Under the pieces are notes generated by a model. That model saw only the letters and a program-made list of their open reading frames with translations, was not told where the DNA came from and ran no database searches. From contig OZ024742.1 in the NCBI GenBank assembly GCA_964016885.1, positions 345,836,001 through 345,900,000 on the forward strand: a stretch of 64,000 bases of DNA, written 5' to 3'. The DNA is from Eledone cirrhosa (lineage: Eukaryota). The translations under genes were made by a program, and so were the position numbers. Shown here piece after piece: positions 26,108 to 38,359 of this stretch (position 1 is its first letter; each line of letters opens with the position of its first letter).

Positions 26108-28350
26108 GTGCGTGTGTTTCTTATTGGCAACATGACCCTCCCAAAGTATAACAATATCGGTTTCAACACACGTTTTCAGATAAAGAATCTTGCTAAACAA
26201 ATTCAGAAACGAAATATCGTAAGCCTTAGCCAGGCTAACAAGATACTGAAAACCACCATGTTCTGTTGTCTACGAAAAACAATAACATCTCGACAACTAC
26301 ACTTCATAAAAGAATGTGCCTCGTCCCGAGTTTACACCAACACCATCAACACCGGTGTAAGAAGATTACAGCTCACCAAAAAGCAAGCAGATAGGTTAAA
26401 ACGAACACTAATTCTAAACATAAAAAAGAAGATTTTTAGAGAATTAAGTCATCAAGAAAAACACAAGCGTAACCTAATACAAGAAATAACTAAGATCACC
26501 ACACCAAGAGAAAAATTAATATTTATAAACCTTATATATCCTGAAGAAAAGTACATCGTTCAAGAATGTGACAAGCACTTTAACAAGAAACTAAAGTGGC
26601 TCAAACAGATAAAACTAAATCAAGATACTTTAGAGAATATCAATAGATAAACCGACAAAATTGACGGTATAAATATGGCCGACATCTCATTAACAGATGA
26701 ATTCAACAACAACACAAATATATACGGCAACACTACGGTCGACTCTGATGAATTATCAGTATTACAGCTGCCACATAAGTATGCCACATTTAATAAGATA
26801 AATATGATTAAATGCTTGTCAGAAATAGAAAAATCATTTACAAAAGTACGTTGGAGCTTCAAAAACAAAACAAAAGTAACAACATACGCACACACACATA
26901 CATATACAACACACATCTCAACAACAACAGACACACAGACACAAACAACAATAACAACAACACATACATCAACAATAATAACATACTCAGAAACAATAAC
27001 AACAGACACGCAGACACAAACAACAATAACAACACACACAACAATAATAACATACACGGAGACAACAACACACAACAACAACAGCAAACATCAACAACAA
27101 CAACAACAACACACACACATTCAATGCCTGTCACCACCACCACGATCTTAACAAACACACAGACACAGAAAACAGGTAATGACAGTAGCACAGAAATAAG
27201 GGAAGGTATTAGGATTGAATGGAGAAGGGAGACTATGTACAGAGAAAATAATCAGGACGAACACACAGACACACAAAATAGAGTAGATAATAACAATGAG
27301 CCACAGGAAAGAGACAGGAGTAATAATGAGAGACATAGAAACGACCACGACGCTGTTGGTGGAAATAGAAACAACACAACTAACAATAACAATAGCATTA
27401 GAACACATAAAGCAGCAGCCTGGAACTCTACTTTTTATAATCCTTCCGATAAGCCGTTCGACCTGCGACGAGTCCACGCCACGACTTTAGCTTTTAACAA
27501 ACGCACGCAATTGCCGTCGCAGGTCGATGAACAAACAGAAGCACAGTTTAGTATAGCTAGATCTAAACTTAGAAATATTATAAAACAGTATAGCAAGAAG
27601 CATAATAGAATGGAGGCCCAGTAACTGGGAGAAAAATCTGCAAATTCCTTGCGTAAGCTCATGCAGCGCTCGCGTAATGGAGAGATAGCATGCTTTCCAA
27701 CAGACAAGTCTGGCAGAATGTCGGTTGACAGTCTTCCAAACTACATCCAGGCAACGCAACCCCACATCACTAACACAAGAGAAGTAACACCATAGGAACA
27801 TGAGGCTAGGGAAAAAGCCCTCAATGCCCATATGATGATGTGGACAAATATAATGCAGCCCAACAAAAGGACTGCCAACAACTTCCAGGCCTGGAACAAT
27901 GACGTGCCAGCGATGTATCGGCTTCTAAAAGACCATAAAACGAGCAGTGACCCTGCCACAGGACCACCAACACGGCCAGTCTGTGCAGCTAACATTGCTA
28001 GTAACTACAGACTTTCATACTCCTCTCCCTGATCATACGCCCCATCATTGAAATGTCCCCAGATGTATGTGACAGCACGGAGGACCTCCTCAGCAGAATC
28101 GGTGAGAGTAACCGATCTAGGGACCTAAGAAACTGCATAATAAGTAGTATGCATGTTGTGTCCCTGTATCCATCTATTGACATGGATTTTGCTGTGAAGA
28201 AATGCGTAGAAATGATAAGTGAGAGCAATGTTGAATTCCGTGGGATTGATACCAGTGAGTTGGGACTGCTACTTAAACTTACCTATAGTAATAATTATCT
28301 AGACACATATGTCCTTAGCAACCTGTGCCCTACAAGACCAGCAAGAGGTT
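26108..28350 (+). pseudogene. PLE ORF 5' part (N-terminal region, Thr/Asn low-complexity insert, RT start)
   Basis: ORFs 26108, 26675, 26812, 27832 and 28053 mirror 21159-23378. Confidence 0.8.
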
Positions 28351-29220
28351 AGACCACCTAGTTGTTGTCCGGAAAGAAAGGCATCTGTCCTCAGTCCTCT
28401 TAATCTCGTCCACCATATAACCTCTTTCACCATAGCCTCTATACAGAGGAAAGCCGCCTCTCTTTCGTTTTTGAATGAAGTTGGCGGTCTGATCCTTAAT
28501 ATGGACTCGGCAATCAACTGGATTTGTCCCATACGCGACTGCAGTTGTTCTGCGTAGTTCCACAGGTCGGTTACACACGGGCAATGTACAATTGCGTGCA
28601 AGACAGTTTCAATGTCCTCCCCGCATCTTGGACACGTCCGCTTGGAAGGATCTCTGCCGGGGCGTCCGTGCCTGTAGATATTGTCACGAATTGGTAGAGC
28701 CCCTCGGTAGCTCTGCCAGGCCAGGCACGTCTGGAAGTTGTCCATAGGTCCCGGTCGGAAAGTCCTACCAAACAGACTGCTGAGCTCATCGTCTTCGACG
28801 CCTAGAGTCTCTCCGAGCACATCGTCACCCTTGTGACGTACTAACCCTCTATAGAATGTCGAAATGGAGTCTCCACTGATTGCCGTGCCCGCTTGACAGA
28901 GGACTGTGAGCGCCTGAGCGCATTCAATGTGCCAGGCGCCCATCTTCTTTGGTCTCCGCTTGACCCAGGACTGCATCTCCGTCAGCGAGATAAGTTGCGG
29001 GATGTCTCATAAACGGTGCCTACGCCGGTTAGGCGTCGGTGAGGAATACCTGTAGATGCCGTAGCCTCAGCGCATGTTTGCGCATCATCAGCCACGGCAT
29101 TCCCAGCCCTTCGCTGGAGGGGTGCTGACAGCAGACGGATCTCCTCACCAGTGAAGGCTGCTTCTTCCAAAGGAACTGGAAGAGCATGCGTTGCAACTTG
29201 GTGAGGAGTTCACGGGGGAT
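28351..29220 (-). mobile_element. L1/Tx1-type LINE ORF2 3' fragment
   Basis: GGLGMPWL-like region and zinc knuckle CPRCGEDIETVLHAIVHCP..LW. It truncates the PLE. Confidence 0.75.
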
Positions 29221-30104
29221 AGATGAAAAATGATAAGAATAAATATTCTGGTGGTTATTATTCTATAATGATCAGATGTATTACAAAGTTAATCAATCTT
29301 GAAACATTATAATAGTTGACGTTGTAACACTGATAGCGAGACAGCTGTGGCAAGAGCACAGCTTAAGATCTTGACGTTGTGAATCTGTTAGACATGCAGT
29401 GACTAACAACAGAATGTTTTAAGTCTGCATGTCTGACATATATGCCTAGCTTGTGAATAACAAATTCAAGGGGTTTCGTTGGCCGTGGTGATCCCTGCCA
29501 AACCTCTTTTGTAATGTATCGTCTTATTGGCTAATCAACCAATGAGAGTAATTGTTGCTCAAAAGCATCCGCCACTTTGTTTGCACGTTTATTTATCGTT
29601 TCGCTTTCGAATCTTCTTCCTGTATTTCGTCGTTTTTCATCAAAATATTTTTCTCGTTTTGGTAAGTTATATTGTTAATTTATATATGATTTTATTAATT
29701 TATATTAACTATTTTTTTTCAGTTCATTATAACATGCTTATAATATTGGTTGTATCATATTTACTTGAATATTTGTCCATAATATTGTTCGTTTTATGTT
29801 AGATTATTTTATTATTATTATGTTAGATTATTTTTTTATTATTGTTAGACTATTTGTATGTAATATTTAATTTTGATTAATTCATCTATAACAATTATTA
29901 TGTAAAATATATTTATTTAATATTGATTGTTTTTTGTAATTGTTTATATTAAAAGTCTGAAAATATTTTCATACATCTTACAATAATATTTATAAGATCA
30001 TTTATAAAATAATAATTATATAATCTAATTACATTACAACGATAATTTATTATTAATATATATCATGTTTAACTCGAGTTATTACCACCTTAAAAAAACA
30101 TTAA

Positions 30105-30555
30105 ACTAGACCTGAAAAATGCGCAAGCTCAAAAGAGCCACAGAATGTTATAATAAACCTTCAAAAGTGTGGGACTAGAGTTGTTGCTAAAAAATATTAT
30201 AATCATTATCTATTGTCCACTCTGTGGCATTCTTTTATAAAAAAAGAGACTCATAACGAACTCAAGACGACACGATAATTATTTAATTGAATATATAATA
30301 TAGAATTCGGTTTAAATGCATTTCGTATTAATCATTACTAAACATCTAATATGAGATATTGAACATTAGCTTAAATAATTATAGTGTCGTCTTGAGTTCG
30401 TTATGAGTCTGTTTTTCATAAAAGGATGCCACAGAGTGTATACGATAGATAATGATTACAATATTTTTGAGCAACAACTCTAGTCCCTCACTTTTGAAGG
30501 TTTAATATGACATTCTGTGGTTCTTTTGAGCTTGCGCATTTTTCAGATCTAGTCA
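30105..30555. mobile_element. MITE/fold-back element with ~180-bp diverged TIRs
   Basis: actagacctgaaaaatgcgcaagctcaaaaga.. versus ..tcttttgagcttgcgcatttttcagatctagt. No HHR seen. Confidence 0.75.
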
Positions 30556-30641
30556 TATATGTTTACTGTACGAGTATATAAACCTATTGTATGTGCTTTC
30601 ATATACGCCTCCATTGAGAACCACGCAGTCATAGTGCTACT

Positions 30642-30682
<41 letters not shown>

Positions 30683-30724
30683 TGTGTGTGTATGTGTGTG
30701 TGTGTATGTATATATATATATATA

Positions 30725-30803
<79 letters not shown>

Positions 30804-30865
30804 GATATATCTATATATATATATATATAAGTATGTATATATATATATATAAATATATATATATT

Positions 30866-30924
<59 letters not shown>

Positions 30925-31043
30925 GTGTGTGTGTGCGTAATACTAACACTTTGTACTGCACTCTTCGTTATTTGTTTTGTTTTCTGTTTTAACTTTTATG
31001 TATATATATATGTGTGTGTGTGTGCGTGTGCGTGTGTATGTAT

Positions 31044-31116
<73 letters not shown>

Positions 31117-31218
31117 TAGTACAAATTAAAGTTTAAGCAAAGAATTACTGCTTTCAACCTATTACCGGATCTTTTTCGTAATTATTATATATATATATAT
31201 GTGTGTGTGTGTGCGCGC

Positions 31219-31250
<32 letters not shown>

Positions 31251-31561
31251 ATGCCATACATGCATTACAGGAGTCATATTTCTCACAAAACATTAATTAG
31301 GTTTTAACTAACTACGTTATTGTATAAATGGAATTAACAAAAGTTTCATATGTGAATATTCAACCCTTTCAACTTTGTATTATCGCTAACAATATATAAT
31401 ATAATTGGAATATATTTACATTCTTTCATGATTTCAAGTAATATCTTGTTCACTCTATCAAAATATTTATCAGCAAATAACATTCCACCTACACAGAAAC
31501 ACATGTACATACGGACACATTCGTATCTATATACCCTAAACGTACACACATACATTCAGAC

Positions 31562-31651
<90 letters not shown>

Positions 31652-31687
31652 TGAGAGAGAGAGAGATTGAGAAAGAGATGTATGGTG

Positions 31688-31727
<40 letters not shown>

Positions 31728-31998
31728 CAGGCGTGTGGCTGAGTGGTTAGAGAATTAGATTCTCAATCGTGACGTTGTGAGTCGATTCCTGGACCGCGCG
31801 ATGCGTTATGTCCTTGAGCAAGACATTTTATTTCACGTTGCTCCTTCTACCTGGAGTTGCGACCGATAGATAGTATAAGCAAAGACCAATGGAAACAGTG
31901 TTTCCTCGGTCCGATTTGACGAAAGTCGAACGTTCCTTTATATATTTTTTCCAATTCCAACCAGCCCGTCCCCTCAATCTATCTTATTTCTCACTCTT

Positions 31999-32034
31999 TC
32001 TTCTGATGAAGGACTAGCGTCCGAAACGTTAAGA
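31999..32034 (+). ncRNA. Minimal hammerhead ribozyme (mutated copy 19987-20020 minus)
   Basis: UCUU-CUGAUGA-a-GGAC-uagc-GUCC-GAAA-CG-UU-AAGA. Confidence 0.85.
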
Positions 32035-32159
32035 CTCTCTTCCTGCTATAGAAAGCGTTAACCTAATATATCACTTCCAGATAGATAGATGTGCGTGCAT
32101 GTGTATATATATTTTAAGCCCGATCCAGTAGCCTGTTACACATATATATATATATATAT

Positions 32160-34110
32160 GTAACAGCATAAGCCTGGAGAGTGCCTCTCTTATGTTAATT
32201 ATGCCTCCAACCACCCTAAGCAGACTCTCAACTCCATTGTCTATAGTATCTCACATAGAATCTCGAAGTTATCCGCCAATGAGGATATCTTCAACCAAGC
32301 GGCAGATTACTACAATAGGGCCTTGATAAGCGCCGGCTTTAACCGAGGAATTTCCTACATCCTAACGCTAGCTCTAGAAACCACCCCTCATAAAACGAAC
32401 GTTATAATAAGCCATACCTATAACCGATCACGCGACGACTTCGTTGAAGTCGTATATAATAGAATAGATAACCGCACTAAATATCACGACCCCGGCGACG
32501 GTGACCACTGTAGATTACTCGAGCTATTCCCCTATTACAAAACCAACAAAGGCGACGGCCTACTACCAACGCCTTCCAACCAACACCTTCCTGTACATAA
32601 ACATGGAAGAGGTAAGAAGAGTGCACCCGAGCATAAAGTGAAAGGGGCACCGAACGGGCGACGGCGCATTAACACACATAAGAGCGGTCACCTAGATGGA
32701 ACCACCCGTAGCAAACGTACAAGGACACGTAATCGCCACCGTAACGTCCTATGGTTCCAACCCCCTACTCTCAGAGTGTGGCCTTCAACATACCCCGGAT
32801 GTTCTTCGAAGCCTTAGAGAAGAACTTCCCGCCCAACCATAGGTATAGAAAAATTCTTAATAGGAACAATATAAAAATATCTTTCTCTACTACTCCTAAC
32901 CTAGCAGACATCATAGGAACAGCGAACCACAGTAAGATCACCAAGACACAGCACCTCGACACAGACGCACCTACACCTGACAATAACTATATCGGCCTTA
33001 ACAACTCCCTGGCAGAATCCAATAGTGTTGGCAACGGCATCCGCAGACGCAACCAGCATAACCGCGAAATGACTGGGATACATGCAGGACATGACGTGCA
33101 GAATAACAATCGCACCACCCCGCGTGCTGTGGGTTGTAATTGTGCTAACGAAAGCTGCGGGAGCGTAGGTAACAACGTAGGCAGCAACAATGATAGCCTT
33201 ACCGTGGGAAATAGACGGAACCGCGAGAGAAATTGCAACTGCCGCGACAGAGGACGCTGCGCCCTTAGAGGATACTGCTTGACTGATAGGGTTATATATA
33301 GATGCACTATAACTAGCCACAATAGCGTTAAACATTATACAGGGGCTACCTCCGGCCCGTTCAAAATTAGGTTTCGAACACATCTCCACTCTTTCACAAA
33401 TAAAAAACTAAGACACTCCACTTCGCTCGCGGACTACATCACATCACTAAAGGACTTAAACATCAGCGTCTCCACGCACTGGGAGATTGTCGGCAGGGCT
33501 GCACCGTACAACTTCAAGAGGAAATGCGATCTTTGCCTCATGGAGCTCTACCACATCATAACTGCACCCCACGAGCTCATCAACAGCAGAGCTGAAACAG
33601 CGATAAGTTGTACACATCGCTTAAAAATATCCTTCTTCAGATGAGTTAAGGATGAGAAGTTAAACCGTGCACCGGATCTCCCTGCAACAAGTCTTAACAC
33701 CCCGGTGGGCAGGCGCTGCAAAATAACACCCAGGAAACTATCCTTGCATACCAGACCCAGCCTCAAACGACTCAGACAAACAGATGCGGCAAAACAAAAG
33801 TCTCAAAATAAGCGTTGATTACATGCGTATCAACAATGGTAAGGTTGTAACTTCATCTCGTAGCGGATAAAAAATTTGTCCGGAAAAGACTGCCCTAACA
33901 CCGGCCAGAGTTACCGCCCTTGACCTGCTGCAAAATCAAAACAAGCTATTTTTGCGAGCAATGAACCGTGACGTGGATTTAACCCCAAAAAACTCTTTCC
34001 GAGCAATGTAAGGAACACTTTTGATTATTTATGCCCTTGAGATGCCCAACCGGGCGAAACGTACGTAGGTGCTGTTTTAAATAAACATGTTTTAACGGTC
34101 TATTCTCCGA
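32160..34110 (+). mobile_element. 5'-truncated PLE, probably Hydra clade (thumb, linker, GIY-YIG-like EN, 3' pLTR)
   Basis: VLWFQPP(Y), ILNRNNIKISFSTTPNL, CNCR..C.L.G.CL..VIY.C..YTGAT..FK.R..H..SF, CDLCLME, CTH. ORFs 32323 and 32751-33644 are separated by a frameshift. HHR-like motif at 34032-34072. Confidence 0.8.
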
Positions 34111-34138
34111 TTTCTTACTTTCCCACGTATATATATAT

Positions 34139-34169
<31 letters not shown>

Positions 34170-34609
34170 ACAGGCTACTGGATCGGGCTTAAAATATATA
34201 TACACATGCACGCACATCTATCTATCTGGAAGTTATATATATCAGTTATAAAAATGTTTAAGGTTGTTGAATCCCAACAATTTAAATATAACCTCTGCAT
34301 ATATATATATATGAATGTATGTATAATATATTTGTCAATATACCGTATGTTTAATTAAAAACATTTAGAAGACCATACGTTATCAGTTTGTGTGTGTATT
34401 ATTTTCTTTTACTCCCCTAGGGAGCTTTGAGTGACGGGAAACCTCCATTAAACACGTGTGCAAGCTTCCTCACCTGCCTGTTCCCAGTCCAGTTGTCTAC
34501 ATATATGTTATCCATGTATTTATGGCTGCTAACATCTTCGTCGCACTCTTTGCGAAACTGTTCTCTAACAATTCTAGAAGACACACAGTGTGACGAAAAT
34601 ATGATAAAG

Positions 34610-34812
34610 GCATGATAAATATATGATAAATATATGATAGATAATTGATAAATAAATAAATATATCATAAATATATAATAAATATATCATAGGTATATCT
34701 TAAATATATCATAAATATATAATAAATATATCATAACTATATAAATACATAAATGTATCATAAATATATCATAAATATATCATAAATGCATCATAAATAT
34801 ATCATAAATAAA
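34610..34812. repeat. 11-bp tandem (atatatcataa)n
   Basis: Direct inspection. Confidence 0.8.
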
Positions 34813-34949
34813 GGTGTTAACAGTTTTGTGTGTGTTTCTGTGATTGGGTAAAATGACTCCTACTATGTTATATCTTTAGTTTCAACCCAGCGTCTTGGGT
34901 CAAGTATCATGCGAGACAAGTAAAACTCCGTAAAAGAAGAAATAGATAA

Positions 34950-35123
<174 letters not shown>

Positions 35124-35450
35124 GACGGTGATGAATTTGTTTTGCGTGGTTTTTTATATGAAATCGTGTGTCGAAACAAATATTGTTATACAATACAACG
35201 GGAGGAAACATAATAGCACCACTGACGATGTTGCAGATGTGCAACGAAAGAACTTTGTTAGACTATATATATGTCTTTATAGGTATATTATATCTGTATT
35301 TTTTACCGTTGGTCAGTCAATGGTAAACATTGAGGACCGACTGAATTAACTGATATAAAAAATACAGAAATGAAAACCAACCAAACAGTGAGTGGGTTCT
35401 GTTATTAATTCTGGCAATATTATTACAATAATATGACCCTCCCCAAGTAT

Positions 35451-35530
<80 letters not shown>

Positions 35531-35536
<6 letters not shown>

Positions 35537-36200
35537 GACGTAAAATAAGAAAATTAAAAAAAAAATTAAAAATTAACTTACTTACTAAAATTTTCACTCC
35601 AACTAATTAGTTTCTGTAATGGGATAAAGATAGTTATGTAATATAACCATCGAGAATTCATTACGTCATCAGGGAGTATATTCTCAGCTAAGTCTCCAGG
35701 CAATGCGCGGACACTAGGGACTCATATAAAAATAATAATAATTCGGTGGATGGAACAGCTAGCAGGGACTGGATTCCATGCACTGAAAAAGTTCGCTGTC
35801 TCTGGTCAAATGGCAGATTCTAAAGAATCAATCACGTGACACTGAGGCTAGTCGGAAGGAGTGGGTTGGTAAGATGACAAAGGCCTACTACCACACCAAT
35901 GAATTAGTAGTGGAGTTGGCAGGTTTGCTCAACAAATAAATAATTTGGAGATAAATATAGAAAATTTAGTATATCTACCAACATATGCGTACAGATGTAC
36001 ACTAATGCTAGCAAATACATAGGTTATGTCATAGTACCTAGGTGGTTCAATGCAGGAGGATGCAGAACAATAATATGAAAGACGTAAAATAAGAAAATTA
36101 AAAAAAAAATTAAAAATTAACTTACTTACTAAAATTTTCACTCCAACTAATTAGTTTCTGTAATGGGATAAAGATAGTTACGTAATATAACCATCGAGAA
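35531..36200 (-). mobile_element. pLTR-like partial tandem with HHR 35596-35677
   Basis: 35531-35657 is repeated at 36073-36200. ACUCC-CUGAUGA-c-GUAAUG..CAUUAC-a-GAAA-CUAAUUAG-UU-GGAGU. Confidence 0.8.
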
Positions 36201-36704
36201 TAATATACACATACTGAAATCCATCCGCCAAAAATAAGGGTTGCCTCCCTTGTCGAGCCCCACGTGGGTATCGGTAACGGTCATTCCTTAGCCTGGCACT
36301 TGAACTAAAACATGTTGAGAAAGTGACTTCCTTGTTCAATCATCTTACCAGAAGCCTAACATTATTTGTCTAAGCGGACAGTACTTGAGTTAGGAGTCGC
36401 AGAAACCCAAATGCTGGATTTTACCAACCATTCAGGGATCCGCGTGAATTTTCAATCACATATTTTTTTATTTGTTTGACCCGAATTACTTGGTCGTTTC
36501 TATGGGTATCCGGATGACGGTTTAACCATCGTCGCAGTGTGATTGGCCTTTAACGTATGTTGTAGCTCTGGTTCGTCAGAATTAATGAGCGCTTGCCAAA
36601 CATCTCGGAAGTTGTTCTTCGCTAATTCCAAAGCCGAAATACGATTCTCGCTAATTTATATTTATATATATATATATAATAAATGTATATACACACACAC
36701 ACAC

Positions 36705-36792
<88 letters not shown>

Positions 36793-38359
36793 ATATTAAA
36801 TAATTGGAAACTATATTTATAAAACCATACTTATTCTATTATATATATTTCAAGGGTACCAAAACTTTGGTACGCTTTCATCAGATAAAATACAAAGTTT
36901 GGTTTATAAAGTTTGACATAACCAAGAAAAGATACCTTACCGGTTCAAGTTATCCTTGGATAGTGAAGGGATAAGAGAAGAAAAGTCAGATATTTCAAAT
37001 TATTAAGATGAGTATGCAAATGAGGTTGAGGTATAGGGCTGAAAAACACGTTATTTTAGACGCTATGCCGAATTTAAATAATTAGGATATATGTATGTAT
37101 GCGTAGGATAAAGAAAAAGGAAGAAGAGCTTGTATTTACGTTAATTTAAAAGGAATTAACAATTTGGGGGAATGGTGGAATATGATTCCATAATTTAAAT
37201 TTATTTAGCTATATTATGAGATTTAATATTGTATATATAATCAATTAAATTATATAAAGTTTTAAGGTTGTAAGTATATTTTATCTTATTACATTACAAT
37301 AGGTTATAAGTGTATAAATATCTATATATATTAATAATTGTGCATGTATAAGTATTATAGAAATAGAAATAATTTACAATTATTAGTTGTTTATATTTCT
37401 ATTATGAACTACGAAGGGTGTTGATTTTGCATATTACATAAAAAAAGAGGTGATTCAAGTTGTAAGAGGAGAACAATTTGTAGATTCGAATATTTTGTCC
37501 CAACATTGAAAATATTTTCAAAATATTGTTAATTTAGCGAAGTTATATATTTTATCGTACATATTATTATAATATCATGTTTATGTTTGCACAATTCAAA
37601 AGAAAAAGATAACTCCAATCTTGTTTGTTAACCGTTAAATTTGATGAATGATTTACTCAGAAAATATATAGAGAAAATTATATATTATTTCGTGTGAGAT
37701 TAATTATTTCAGTCGAAAGATGTGTAAAAGTTTGAAGATCAAAGAACTATCGTAAAGAAGATAAATTTTCAGAATGTCAATTAAAGATTATCAATCTATA
37801 TCTAAAAAAATAATGTCAGAAGTAAAAAATATTTAAAAATATAAAAAAATATAAAAAATATATATATAAAAAAATATATATATTAAAAAAATTAAAAAAT
37901 TAATGTCAAAATGTAAAAATAGTAGAAATATTAAAAAAATTAAGATGGAAGATCATTTAGAAAAATTTACATTTAAATGTTGAAGAAAATAGGATCATTT
38001 TGAAGGTGTATAAGAATATCATAAATTAAAAATACTTCTTAAAGTGGAATTTTGGCGATTCTGCAAGAAGAAAATAATTCTGATTTAAGATTAATAGAGT
38101 TTTGACAATTAATTATATTAAAAAATGTCCTCGATACACAAGTTACAGAATCTTGTGAAAGCCATATTTCGGTATGCAGGTACTTACGAAATCGTTCTCC
38201 AAGATATTGAATAGTCTATATTGTTGTCTTTTAAGTTCCAAATTAAATGTGAAAGTGAAGTGGAAGATTTTTTATCGCATTTCTCAAATGTGTGTTTATG
38301 GTTATACCATTTATATTTGTTGAATTAGCAACAAATTGAATATCCCTTTTGCTTATATA

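Larger units (their letters stand above)
20170..28350. mobile_element. Penelope-like retroelement, ~8.2-kb tandem + inverted array (RT, Cys-rich linker, GIY-YIG), frameshifted
   Basis: Minus-strand partial tandem at 20170-25260 and plus-strand copy at 25363-28350. RT motifs GSMDVVSLYPSID, QEEGAAIG..IANLFM and YSRFVDDI. EN motif NVVYSIRC..YIGGTARSIGERINEH. pLTRs with HHR at ~20382-20425, 23483-23526 and 25960-26003. Confidence 0.95.

Noticed and set aside
21159-28350. Selenocysteine or readthrough recoding in the PLE ORF (as in Naiad PLEs)
   Set aside because: Disruptions are frameshifts and copy-specific TAG stops rather than conserved TGA at Cys positions, and the EN is C-terminal, not Naiad-type.
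36950-38350. AT-rich unique stretch possibly hiding a decayed transposase
   Set aside because: No recognisable motif or sustained reading frame by eye.
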